From the NCBI GenBank assembly GCA_007280275.1, contig QYQB01000043.1, forward strand, positions 1-47,910: DNA of 47,910 bases, read 5' to 3'. The position numbers were made by a program, and so were the translations under genes. Positions 1 to 9,311 of the stretch are shown here, in pieces. Origin of the DNA: a bacterium (GTDB lineage Bacteria; Bacteroidota; Ignavibacteria; UBA10030). The notes under the pieces were generated by a model. That model was not told where the DNA came from. It was given only the letters and a program-made list of their open reading frames with translations, and did no database searches. The stretch's first letter is position 1; each line of letters starts with the position of its first letter.

Positions 1-240
1 CAAGTGATACAGATCGTTAGGCGGGAGCTCTTTTCTGAGTTCTCTCTGTCTGTGCAACTAGTTGGATCCACAACTACGCACGATGACTGGTGGCGGCCGA
101 GCCACCAATCGACACCAGAGGCGTGTGCGAGAAGGTGTACCCCGCGGGTGAAGTGTGTTTCACCTACGCCTACGTCGCCGGCGCAATTCACTCGTCACTC
201 TATCTGGATAAATCACAACTATGCTTACTAATCCGATTCG

Positions 241-3200
241 ATGAAGTTCGCTGCAAAAATATTGGCGGTGCAGATCATTTTTGTCGCTGCGGCGTTCGCG
301 CAATCCGCCCCGACGGGTCTTCAATCTACATCCATTACCTATAATAGTGCGACCCTGAGTTGGAATAGTGTGACCGGTGCCAGCTACTATCAAGTTCAAG
401 TCGATCACGATGGATCCTTTTCCACCCCGGATTGGACTAGCGGCAATGTCTCAGCGCTCTCCACCTCCACGACCTCATTGTCTGGAGGGACTAAATACTA
501 CTGGAGAGTTAGGGCAGGTAGTGCTGGCCAATGGTCTTCAGGCGCAGCGAATTTTACGACGATTCCGACTGCACCCACACTCTCGTCGCCTTCGAATAGT
601 GCCACAAGCGTTGCAGTCAGTCCAACACTTGACTGGAATACATCGACCGGCGCCGCAACGTATCGTATGCAGCTGTCAACAGTATCGACCTTCTCATCGA
701 CAGTTGTGGATGATGCAACACTTACGAGCTCTTCTCGCCCAGTCGGACCATTGTCCAACAATGCGACATTCTATTGGCGAGTGAGTGCAACGAATGCGAC
801 AGGAACGAGTTCTTATTCTTCCACGTGGTCGTTTTCAACGGCTCCTGCTGCCCCGACGGGCTTGGTCGTCTCTTCGGTAACCACTTCAAGCGCATCAATA
901 AGTTGGAGCAGCGTCGTCGGTGCAACCTCATACACAATCCAACTTGACACCGACTCTGACTTCAGGTCTCCGCTTCCAGATATTATCCAATCAGGAACAT
1001 CGGTTACGAAGACTTCGCTGTCAGATGGCACGAGATATTATTGGAGGGTAAAGGCTTCGAGCGCCAACGGATCGAGTGGGTGGGTGCAAGGGACATCATT
1101 TGTGACCTTGGTCCCGGCGCCGACCGGCAAGCCGAACGACCTATGGCACTGGCATTTTGGCTCATATGTACTGGGCTGGAGCAGAGTCGATGGTGCAGAC
1201 TCATACTATGTCGAACTCTATACAGACCCGAGTTTCAGCTCTGCATCGCTTGTTGGTGGTGATACCACATCGCGCCATGAAGGGTATACTGTTATAAGAA
1301 ATCTTTCGCCGGGAGTGACGTACTATTGGAGAGTAAGGGGTGTGAACGGTGGTGGCTCTGGACCATGGTCTACTGAAAATGACAGCTTCACGCTTGAGCC
1401 GAACCCGCCAATTCTTCTTTCGCCCTCAAATGGTGCGACAGGCATCTCAACAAGTCCGACCCTGTCGTGGAACGCCTCATCTGGTGCTACGAGCTACACC
1501 CTTCAATACTCCATTTCGTCTGATTTTCCTTCGAATCCACAGAGCGCTACGACAACTGTGAACAGCATTTCGGGGATTTCTCAGAATGTTTCTGGACTAT
1601 CCAACAGCACGAGATACTACTGGCACGTCAAGGCGACGAATTCCGGCGGAACAAGCAATTACTCAAACGCATTTTCCTTCACGACTTCCGGTGCGGTAAA
1701 TCCCCCGTTGGCACCAACGCTTAGTGCGCCATCAAATGGAGTAACCGGCGTCACGGTAACCCAGACCCTCAGTTGGAGCGCATCTTCGACCGCATCCTCC
1801 TATCGCCTGCAGGTCTCGACTTCGTCTGCGATGTCATCACCGGTCGTCGATGATTCGACGCTGACGGGGACCTCGCGGTCTGTTGGACCACTGAGCAACA
1901 ATACTCAATACTATTGGAGAGTAAACGCGAAGAACTCGGGTGGCACAAGCGCATACTCTTCGGTATTCTCTTTCACCACGATAGTGGCTGTTCCTGCAGC
2001 GCCATCGCCTGCCACGCCAGCGAACGGCGCGACCGCCGTTTCAATAAGTCCAACTATCAGTTGGAGCGCTCCGGTTGGTGCAACCAGCTACAGGTTGCAG
2101 GTATCGACTTCTTCGACTTTTTCGACATTTGTTTTTGACCAGAGTACTCTCACTTCTCCGTCATACACTCTCGTTGGTTTGTCAAACAGCATTCAATACT
2201 ACTGGCGCGTGAGTGCATCAAACGCTGGGGGAGCAGGTCCGTTTTCGAGCACATATTCATTCACAACCACTCTGGCTCTGCCCGGCGCGCCGAGTGGCCT
2301 GGTTGCAACTCCGACGTCGAACGGGGCGGTCTTGACCTGGATCGCTGCAAGTGGCGCAAGTTGGTATCTCGTCGAAGTCAATGATCCGAACTTCAGCCTC
2401 ATCTGGAGAGATAGCACTTCGTCACTCAGTTCGAGTGCTCGAAATCTTTCGCCTGCAACAACCTACACGTGGAGAGTGTGGGGTGGAAATGCTGCAGGTC
2501 CAGGAACTTCGGTCGGTGGTTCGTTCAGAACACCGATCGCAGTCCCATCGGCGCCCGGAGATCTGATCGAGACGCCGAACGCGACAGGCGCATCCCTGAG
2601 CTGGGCTCTCGTGAGTGGAGCAACATCCTACGTTGTTGAAGTATACACGGACAATAATCTTACCACCCGAGTCTGGAAGGACAGCTTGACTGCTCCCCCT
2701 GCAACAGTCACAAACCTCTTGAGCAGCAGGAGCTACACGTGGAGGGTTCAGGCAATCAACTCCGGCGGACGGGGTGGATGGACGATGTCCACCTTCACAA
2801 CATCTTCATCTTTGCCAAATCCACCATCCGCACCGACGCTTGCAACGCCGGTAAACGGTGGATCCGATGTCCCAATATCCACGACACTTTCCTGGAGCGC
2901 TTCCTCCGGTGCCACTATATACCGCTTGCAGCTTTCAACATCATCGACGTTCTCGACAACCGTCGTCGATGATTCGTCTCTGAGCGGGATTTCGCGTCTA
3001 GTCGGACCGCTCAGCAACAATACTCAGTATTACTGGAGGGTGTGCGCCTCAAATGCAGGAGGGACGAGCCAGTATTCGCCGACTTGGAGCTTCACGACAA
3101 TCGTAGTCGCTCCGCCCATTCCGACTCTCTCCTCTCCTGCAAATAACGCGGGTGACCAACCTGTCACCCTTACGTTGAATTGGAATGCATCCCAGGGCGC

Positions 3201-6200
3201 CACCAAATACCGTGTGCAGTTATCGACCTCGACAAATTTTGCCACATCACTGGTGGACGACTCCACGGTGACAGGGACTTCGCTCCAGGCGGGTCCGTTG
3301 TCCAACAACACGCAGTATTTCTGGAGAGTGAAGGCTTCCAATGTCGGGGGCTCGAGTGGTTATTCCTCGGTTTTCGCGTTCAAGACGATTGTCTCACCGC
3401 CTGCGGCACCAGTTCTCGTAACGCCTCAAAACAACGCCGGATCTGTTTCCACGAGTCCGACGTTCACCTGGATTGCTCCGGACAGCGCACTGAGTTACAC
3501 GATTCAGGTCTCCACAGTCTCCGATTTCTCAACGTTTATCATAACACAGAGCGGAATCACGGGAGGCTCGTACAGAGCTGCAGCTCTCTCCAATAGCACG
3601 CAGTACTACTGGAGGGTCCGGGCGACTAACGTTGGAGGCACAGGTCTGCATTCTTCCGCGTTTACGTTTACCACAATCGTCGCACTCCCGGGTGCGCCCA
3701 CACTAACATACCCGGCAAACAACACGAGTGGCGTGGAAACGACGCCGACACTCGAATGGGCAGCGTCGGCGGGAGCGACAAGATACCGCCTTCAGCTTTC
3801 AACGTCGTCGACTTTCAACTCGACAATCCTTGATGATTCGACGCTCGTTACGCCATCGCGTCAGGTCGGACCGTTGTCGAATAGCACGACTTACTACTGG
3901 CGGGTGAGTGCAACAAATGCTGGTGGGACGACCGCATACTCTTCTGCTTTCTCATTCACAACGATCGTAGCCGCTCCATCGACGCCCACGCTTTCCTCGC
4001 CAGCAAATGGTTCCACGAATGTGCCGATCAATCCGACGTTGAGTTGGAATACAGCGACAGGTGCAACGACGTACAGATTACAGGTGTCGTCATCGCAGAG
4101 CTTCGCCACTTCAATTGTGGATGAGGCGGCGCTGTCGACGACCTCACGAGAAGTGGGACCGTTGTCGAACAACACGACTTACTACTGGCGGGTGAGTGCA
4201 ACAAATGCTGGTGGGACGACCGCATACTCTTCTGTTTTCTCATTCACAACGATCGTAGCCGCTCCATCGGCGTCCACGCTTTCGTCGCCAGCGAATGGTT
4301 CCACGAATGTGCCGATCGATCCGACGTTAAGTTGGAATGCAGCGACAGGTGCAACTACGTACAGAATACAGGTGTCGGCATCGCAGAGCTTTGCCACCTC
4401 AATTGTGGATGAGGCGGCGCTGACAACGACCTCACGACAGGTCGGACCGTTGTCGAAGAGCACGACCTACTACTGGCGGGTGAGTGCCACGAATGCAGGA
4501 GGGACGAGCCCATTTTCTTCTGTTTGGAGTTTTACGACCATCGGTGATCTTCCAGGCCAGCCGACAAACCTTGGTGCGTCGCCATCGACGGCCGAAGCTT
4601 CGTTGAGTTGGAGAAGTGTCGATGGAGCGTCATCCTACATCGTAGAAGTTTACGCGGACGCTAACTTCACTTCCCTGAAATGGAGTGGTGCGCCGTCGTC
4701 CCCCTCCGTTGTTGCTTCCAACCTCCTGAACGGGACGGCCTACTACTGGAGGGTGCGAGCTGTGAATGAAGTTGGATCGGGTCCTTGGGCAGCATCGAGT
4801 TTCACGACGTCGGTCGCGCCGCCGACTGCTCCTGGCGGCTTGAGTGCTTCGCCAACAACGAACGGTGCAGTACTGAGTTGGGGGAACGTGAGCGAAGCGA
4901 CTTCGTACGTGGTTGAGGTACATGCTGACCCGAGCTTCAATTCACTCAAATGGAGTGGCACGCCGATATCGCCCACAGCAAATGTCAGTGGCTTGTCGGA
5001 AGGGACAACCTACTACTGGAGAGTCAAAGGAGTCAATGTTGGCGGATCAAGCGGTTGGGCGACGTCGAGCTTCACCACGACTACCCAACCGGCAGGAGCA
5101 CCGACGAATCTCAGAGCCACGCCGACAGAGACGGGTGCAGCGTTGAGCTGGGGGAGCGTGAGCGGTGCAATTTCCTATGTCGTCGAAGTTCATGGCGATG
5201 CAAACTTCAGTAATCCAAAGTGGAGCGGCACTCCCACTGCAACATTAGCGACCGCCGCTAACCTCTTGAGCGGAGTGACTTACTACTGGCGCGCGCGAAC
5301 TGTGAGCTCTGGGGGCTCCAGCGGATGGTCAACGTCGAGCTTTACGACACTCACTCCCCCGCCGGGATCGCCGACGAACCTGACCGCATCTCCGGCAACC
5401 TCCAGCGCTACGATGCGTTGGGCGAGCGTGGGTGGGGCGACGTCCTACGTTGTTGAGGTCCACGCCGATGTGAACTTCACCTCGCTCAGATGGAGTGACA
5501 GCCCGGTCGGTACGTCTGCACTCTCTGTAACCCTTACCAGTGGAACAACATACTACTGGCGGGTCAGGGCCGTCAATTCCTCTGGTTCAAGCGGTTGGGC
5601 AACATCAACGTTTACCACGTCGCTTCCAATCCCTCAGGCGCCTACGCTCTCCTCGCCGCCCGATGCAGCAATCAACGCCCCGCGCACGGTCTCCCTGAGT
5701 TGGAACGCCGCTGCGACTGCCACATCCTATCGTATCCAGATCGCGACGTCGGCATCATTCGCAACGAACGTCCTCGATACCGCCAATATCACTGGTCTTG
5801 GGATTGCGGTTACATTGAACGTCAATACGACGTATTACTGGAGAGTGAGCGCGGTCAACGCGAGTGGTGAGGGCGCCTTCTCAGCGACGCGCAGCTTCAC
5901 TGTCGTACGGACGACCGCGGTCGAAGGCACGGGCAACAGTATCCCATCAGAGTTCTCGCTGGGCCAAAATTATCCCAATCCATTCAATCCGGCAACGAAG
6001 ATCGAGTTTTCGCTGCCTGTCTCATCACACGTCCGAATTACCATCTACAATGCTCTGGGCAATCTTGTCGAGATCCTCGCTGATCAGTACTATGCCCCCG
6101 GCCGGTACGTGACGACCTTCGAAGCAGCAGGCTTCCCAAGCGGCGTGTATTTCTCTCGCCTCCAGACCCCCGGTTTCGCCGCGACGAAACGCCTGATGCT

Positions 6201-6210
6201 CGTGAAGTAG
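241..6210 (+). CDS. Large secreted protein: signal peptide, 20 tandem fibronectin type III-like repeats, T9SS type-A C-terminal sorting domain (putative surface adhesin/stalk)
   Basis: 1989 aa ORF; signal peptide ending AFA-Q; 20 repeats of ~90-96 aa each with a 'LSW...Y(Y/F/T)W(R/H)V...FTT' pattern; tail FSLGQNYPNPFNP...SGVYF...KRLMLVK. Confidence 0.9.
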   Translation: MKFAAKILAVQIIFVAAAFAQSAPTGLQSTSITYNSATLSWNSVTGASYYQVQVDHDGSFSTPDWTSGNVSALSTSTTSLSGGTKYYWRVRAGSAGQWSSGAANFTTIPTAPTLSSPSNSATSVAVSPTLDWNTSTGAATYRMQLSTVSTFSSTVVDDATLTSSSRPVGPLSNNATFYWRVSATNATGTSSYSSTWSFSTAPAAPTGLVVSSVTTSSASISWSSVVGATSYTIQLDTDSDFRSPLPDIIQSGTSVTKTSLSDGTRYYWRVKASSANGSSGWVQGTSFVTLVPAPTGKPNDLWHWHFGSYVLGWSRVDGADSYYVELYTDPSFSSASLVGGDTTSRHEGYTVIRNLSPGVTYYWRVRGVNGGGSGPWSTENDSFTLEPNPPILLSPSNGATGISTSPTLSWNASSGATSYTLQYSISSDFPSNPQSATTTVNSISGISQNVSGLSNSTRYYWHVKATNSGGTSNYSNAFSFTTSGAVNPPLAPTLSAPSNGVTGVTVTQTLSWSASSTASSYRLQVSTSSAMSSPVVDDSTLTGTSRSVGPLSNNTQYYWRVNAKNSGGTSAYSSVFSFTTIVAVPAAPSPATPANGATAVSISPTISWSAPVGATSYRLQVSTSSTFSTFVFDQSTLTSPSYTLVGLSNSIQYYWRVSASNAGGAGPFSSTYSFTTTLALPGAPSGLVATPTSNGAVLTWIAASGASWYLVEVNDPNFSLIWRDSTSSLSSSARNLSPATTYTWRVWGGNAAGPGTSVGGSFRTPIAVPSAPGDLIETPNATGASLSWALVSGATSYVVEVYTDNNLTTRVWKDSLTAPPATVTNLLSSRSYTWRVQAINSGGRGGWTMSTFTTSSSLPNPPSAPTLATPVNGGSDVPISTTLSWSASSGATIYRLQLSTSSTFSTTVVDDSSLSGISRLVGPLSNNTQYYWRVCASNAGGTSQYSPTWSFTTIVVAPPIPTLSSPANNAGDQPVTLTLNWNASQGATKYRVQLSTSTNFATSLVDDSTVTGTSLQAGPLSNNTQYFWRVKASNVGGSSGYSSVFAFKTIVSPPAAPVLVTPQNNAGSVSTSPTFTWIAPDSALSYTIQVSTVSDFSTFIITQSGITGGSYRAAALSNSTQYYWRVRATNVGGTGLHSSAFTFTTIVALPGAPTLTYPANNTSGVETTPTLEWAASAGATRYRLQLSTSSTFNSTILDDSTLVTPSRQVGPLSNSTTYYWRVSATNAGGTTAYSSAFSFTTIVAAPSTPTLSSPANGSTNVPINPTLSWNTATGATTYRLQVSSSQSFATSIVDEAALSTTSREVGPLSNNTTYYWRVSATNAGGTTAYSSVFSFTTIVAAPSASTLSSPANGSTNVPIDPTLSWNAATGATTYRIQVSASQSFATSIVDEAALTTTSRQVGPLSKSTTYYWRVSATNAGGTSPFSSVWSFTTIGDLPGQPTNLGASPSTAEASLSWRSVDGASSYIVEVYADANFTSLKWSGAPSSPSVVASNLLNGTAYYWRVRAVNEVGSGPWAASSFTTSVAPPTAPGGLSASPTTNGAVLSWGNVSEATSYVVEVHADPSFNSLKWSGTPISPTANVSGLSEGTTYYWRVKGVNVGGSSGWATSSFTTTTQPAGAPTNLRATPTETGAALSWGSVSGAISYVVEVHGDANFSNPKWSGTPTATLATAANLLSGVTYYWRARTVSSGGSSGWSTSSFTTLTPPPGSPTNLTASPATSSATMRWASVGGATSYVVEVHADVNFTSLRWSDSPVGTSALSVTLTSGTTYYWRVRAVNSSGSSGWATSTFTTSLPIPQAPTLSSPPDAAINAPRTVSLSWNAAATATSYRIQIATSASFATNVLDTANITGLGIAVTLNVNTTYYWRVSAVNASGEGAFSATRSFTVVRTTAVEGTGNSIPSEFSLGQNYPNPFNPATKIEFSLPVSSHVRITIYNALGNLVEILADQYYAPGRYVTTFEAAGFPSGVYFSRLQTPGFAATKRLMLVK
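3868..4490 (+). repeat. Near-identical 288-bp tandem duplication within the FN3 gene
   Basis: ggaccgttgtcga recurs at 3868, 4156 and 4444 (period 288); the two full units differ only by scattered substitutions. Confidence 0.9.
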
Positions 6211-6211
6211 C

Positions 6212-6368
6212 AATCAGCATTCAGCTATCAGCGATCAGCCATTCATTCTGACTCCTTCCAACATTCCATTATTCCGTTATTCCATTACTCCACCACTCCA
6301 TTTCTCCATCCGCTCATCTACGTATTCCCCATTTCTTATCAATCCGAAATCCCCAATCCGAAATTCCA
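6212..6368. repeat. Cluster of degenerate short tandem repeats (7-mer NNTCAGC x4, 8-mer ~AYTCCAYY x7, 7-mer ~AATCCGA x4)
   Basis: aatcagc attcagc tatcagc gatcagc (6212-6239); cttccaac attccatt attccgtt attccatt actccacc actccatt tctccatc (6255-6310); aatccga aatcccc aatccga aattcca (6341-6368). Confidence 0.8.
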
Positions 6369-6529
6369 CTCTGCCCCAACCTGAGGCCGCTTCGTCCCAC
6401 TCCCTTGAGATTTCGTGCGTCGTTCCAATGGTCATTCCATGATTCTGGAACCCTGGCCTGGTGATGTCGTCTAAGGGGAAAAGAGTTGTGAGTCCAAACA
6501 TTCCAACCATAACAGAAGGAGCGACTACT

Positions 6530-7549
6530 GTGAAAAGGAAAATAATTCTTGCCATCCTCGCCTTGACTGTGCTGTGTGTGGCCGCTGCTGTTGCTGGTGA
6601 CCTGAACGCGTTGCAGGAAAAGGAGAAGGCCGGCGCAACGAAGAAAGGATGGCTGGGAGTTGCCATTCAGGATATCACATCGCAGATGGAAAAAGCGATG
6701 GATCTCAATTCGAAAGAGGGCGCGCTCGTGAGCAGCGTGGAACAGAAGAGTCCGGCGCAATCTGCAGGGATCAAGGACGGTGACATCATCGTTCAGTTCG
6801 GAGCGAAGAATATCGGGGACTCGAATGATCTGCAGAAAGCTGTTGCCGATACGAAACCCGAGAGCAAGGTAACGGTGGTTGTGATGCGGAAGGGGGAAAA
6901 GAAAACGCTTGATGTCGTCGTAGGGAAACAGCCTTCAAAATCCAAAATTATAGCTGTGAATCCTCGTGGGACTGGAAATTTTAACGTCTTCCTTGGAGCA
7001 CAGAACTACCAGGGGATGAGCCTTCGTGAGCTGAATGAGCAGCTCGGCCAATACTTTGGGGCGACCGATGGAGCGGGCGTCCTGGTGTGGGAAGTTGAGA
7101 AGGGGAGTGCGGCTGAGAAGGCTGGGGTCAAAGCCGGTGACGTGATCTCGGTGGTCGGGAAGAAAAAGATACGCACCTTGCGTGACGTTTCCAGGGCACT
7201 TGGCATCTACGACGAGGGAGAGAAAGCCGAGATTGAGGGCGTGAGAAAGGGAACCCGTCAAACGCTGTCACTCGAGGTCGAAGAAGCCACCGACGAATCA
7301 GGGCTCCAATACCATTTCGAAACGCCCTCATTCCCCAGGCACCGCGGGGGAGTCTTCTTCAATGAGGCTCCGTTTGAGATCCAGGTTCCGGAGATAGACC
7401 TCGAGAGCCTTCGCCCCCATATGGACCAGCTGAAGATCGAATTGGAACAGATGAAGGGCCGATTGCATGACGAGTCAATCCAGCTCCGGGAGAAGATCGA
7501 GAAAGATGTGAAGCCGCATGTGAGGGTGCGGGTACTCCACGGCATTTGA
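6530..7549 (+). CDS. Exported tandem-PDZ protein (HtrA/DegP-type PDZ domains, no protease domain) with C-terminal coiled coil
   Basis: GTG start at 6530 after RBS GAAGGAG; signal peptide; GWLGVAIQD...GALV..VEQKSPAQSAGIKDGDII and GVLVWEVEKGSAAEKAGVKAGDVI; no GNSGG catalytic motif. Confidence 0.85.
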   Translation: MKRKIILAILALTVLCVAAAVAGDLNALQEKEKAGATKKGWLGVAIQDITSQMEKAMDLNSKEGALVSSVEQKSPAQSAGIKDGDIIVQFGAKNIGDSNDLQKAVADTKPESKVTVVVMRKGEKKTLDVVVGKQPSKSKIIAVNPRGTGNFNVFLGAQNYQGMSLRELNEQLGQYFGATDGAGVLVWEVEKGSAAEKAGVKAGDVISVVGKKKIRTLRDVSRALGIYDEGEKAEIEGVRKGTRQTLSLEVEEATDESGLQYHFETPSFPRHRGGVFFNEAPFEIQVPEIDLESLRPHMDQLKIELEQMKGRLHDESIQLREKIEKDVKPHVRVRVLHGI

Positions 7550-7612
7550 GTTTGTCGCAGACGAGGAGGTTCCCTTCATCTGCCTTACCACCGAGTGATT
7601 CTTGTTCAACTG

Positions 7613-7643
7613 AAAGCCACGGATCTTCTGCGTGGCTTTTTTT
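7613..7643 (+). terminator. Rho-independent terminator after the PDZ gene
   Basis: aaagccacg / cgtggcttt stem followed by a T-run. Confidence 0.8.
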
Positions 7644-7783
7644 ATTGTGTCGTTGAGGAAGCGACTCCACAGCATCCAATATTCGTAAATCGATAATCTC
7701 CGTTCCGATATTCACGGGGATATCCATTTTGGAACAATGGACGGGAGCAACTGAGCACATCCCTCCGTCGTGTCGGATACAAT

Positions 7784-7832
7784 TCGTCAACGGTAAATTC
7801 ACAATTGACAATTCTCCGTTGACAATTGACAA
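7784..7832. repeat. Degenerate heptamer array (TTGACAA type)
   Basis: tcgtcaa cggtaaa ttcacaa ttgacaa ttctccg ttgacaa ttgacaa. Confidence 0.7.
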
Positions 7833-7872
7833 TTATCTCTTCCCTTGCCAATGAAGCGAAGTTGGCGTACCT

Positions 7873-9303
7873 TTGTGCCCCAAAGGTACCCAAGTGGCGA
7901 TACATTACTCCAAATATGGCCGGGTTTTTGACCTCTTGCCTGAAATGATCCTGATTGTGGACGCCGATCAGGTGATCGTCGACCATAATACTGCTGCCGC
8001 AGAGGGAACAGGATTTGCCTCATCGGATCTCTTGCACAGTTCGCTGGATCTCATACTTCCCGCCGAGCAACGAAGAGTCCTGATGAGCATTCTGAAGACG
8101 AACTTCAGTGATCAGTCTCTCGAGACGAAGTTTATCCGGTTCGATAAGTCCATTCTGGATGTCCAGATCGATTTGAGGAAACTGTACTCTGCCGAACGCT
8201 TTTACTTCGTGCTCATCGCCAAGGATATCACGGAGCAGAAGAAGCGGGAGCTCGACCACCTCAGGTTTTCGAACGTTATTCAGCATACCGTCAATCCCAT
8301 TCAGATCACCGATGCCAGCGGGAAAATGGTATACGTCAATCCCGCATTCGAGACAGCAAGCGGCTACACGAAAGAAGAGCTCTTGGGAAGGAATCCCAGG
8401 ATCCTGAACAGCGGCAGGCATTCGAGGGATTTCTGGAAGTCAGTCTGGGAGTATATCTCGCAGCGGAAGGTGTGGGTTGGCGAAATTGAGAATCGGCGAA
8501 AGGATGGAAGTCCTTTCCACACGGAACTTGTCATATCACCGATCGTGGATGGAAGCGACCACATCGTGGGTTTCATGGGGGCTCACCGGGACATCACCGA
8601 GCAGCGGATTCTCGAGCAGCAACTCGTCCGTTCTCAAAAAATGGAAAGCATAGGAACGCTGGCCGCCGGCATCGCCCACGAGGTGGGAAATCCACTGACC
8701 TCGATCTCATCGCTCGTCCAGGTCATCCAGCGCACGACGGCCGATGAGTTCGCAAAGGACAAGCTGGGCCTCATCAAGGACCAGATCAACCGAATCGCGC
8801 GGATCATCCGTGACCTGGTCGATTTCTCCCGTCCATCTGCGTACGTCATAAAGCCAACGGATGTAAACAAGGTTGTGCGTGAGGCGTTGAACATCGTTCA
8901 GTACGGCAAGAAGGTGAAAGACATCGCCTTTACCCTCGAGCTCGCGGACGACCTGCCCAGCCTCTCGGTCGTTCCGGACCAGCTCGCCCAGGTCTTCATC
9001 AACATCCTGATGAACGCTGTTGATTCCCTCGAAGGAAAACCCGGCTCGATCTGGATCCAGTCCCGGTCGAACGCAGAGCATGTCGAAGTGGTGGTTAAGG
9101 ACACGGGGAAGGGCATTGATCCGGGGGATCGCGAGAAAATCTTCGAGCCGTTCTTCACGACGAAAACTGTTGGACAGGGAACGGGGCTCGGGCTGTGGGT
9201 CAGCTATGGAATCGTAGAGAGCTTCGGCGGCGACATCGAATTGGAAAGTGATTTGGGGAGAGGGAGCACATTCAAGATCAAGCTACCGTTAAAAGGAGAG
9301 TGA
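7873..9303 (+). CDS. Cytoplasmic PAS-PAS sensor histidine kinase (NtrB/AtoS-like); true start may be GTG 7894
   Basis: Two PAS/PAC domains; H-box AAGIAHEVGNPL; N-box QVFINILMNA; DTGKGI, FEPFFTTK, GTGLGL; no transmembrane segment. Confidence 0.92.
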   Translation: MCPKGTQVAIHYSKYGRVFDLLPEMILIVDADQVIVDHNTAAAEGTGFASSDLLHSSLDLILPAEQRRVLMSILKTNFSDQSLETKFIRFDKSILDVQIDLRKLYSAERFYFVLIAKDITEQKKRELDHLRFSNVIQHTVNPIQITDASGKMVYVNPAFETASGYTKEELLGRNPRILNSGRHSRDFWKSVWEYISQRKVWVGEIENRRKDGSPFHTELVISPIVDGSDHIVGFMGAHRDITEQRILEQQLVRSQKMESIGTLAAGIAHEVGNPLTSISSLVQVIQRTTADEFAKDKLGLIKDQINRIARIIRDLVDFSRPSAYVIKPTDVNKVVREALNIVQYGKKVKDIAFTLELADDLPSLSVVPDQLAQVFINILMNAVDSLEGKPGSIWIQSRSNAEHVEVVVKDTGKGIDPGDREKIFEPFFTTKTVGQGTGLGLWVSYGIVESFGGDIELESDLGRGSTFKIKLPLKGE

Positions 9304-9311
9304 GAGAGTCG

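Noticed and set aside
7805-7832. TTGACA copies as sigma70 -35 boxes for the kinase gene
   Set aside because: They are units of the heptamer array and I found no convincing -10 at 16-18 bp; not excluded, but unsupported.
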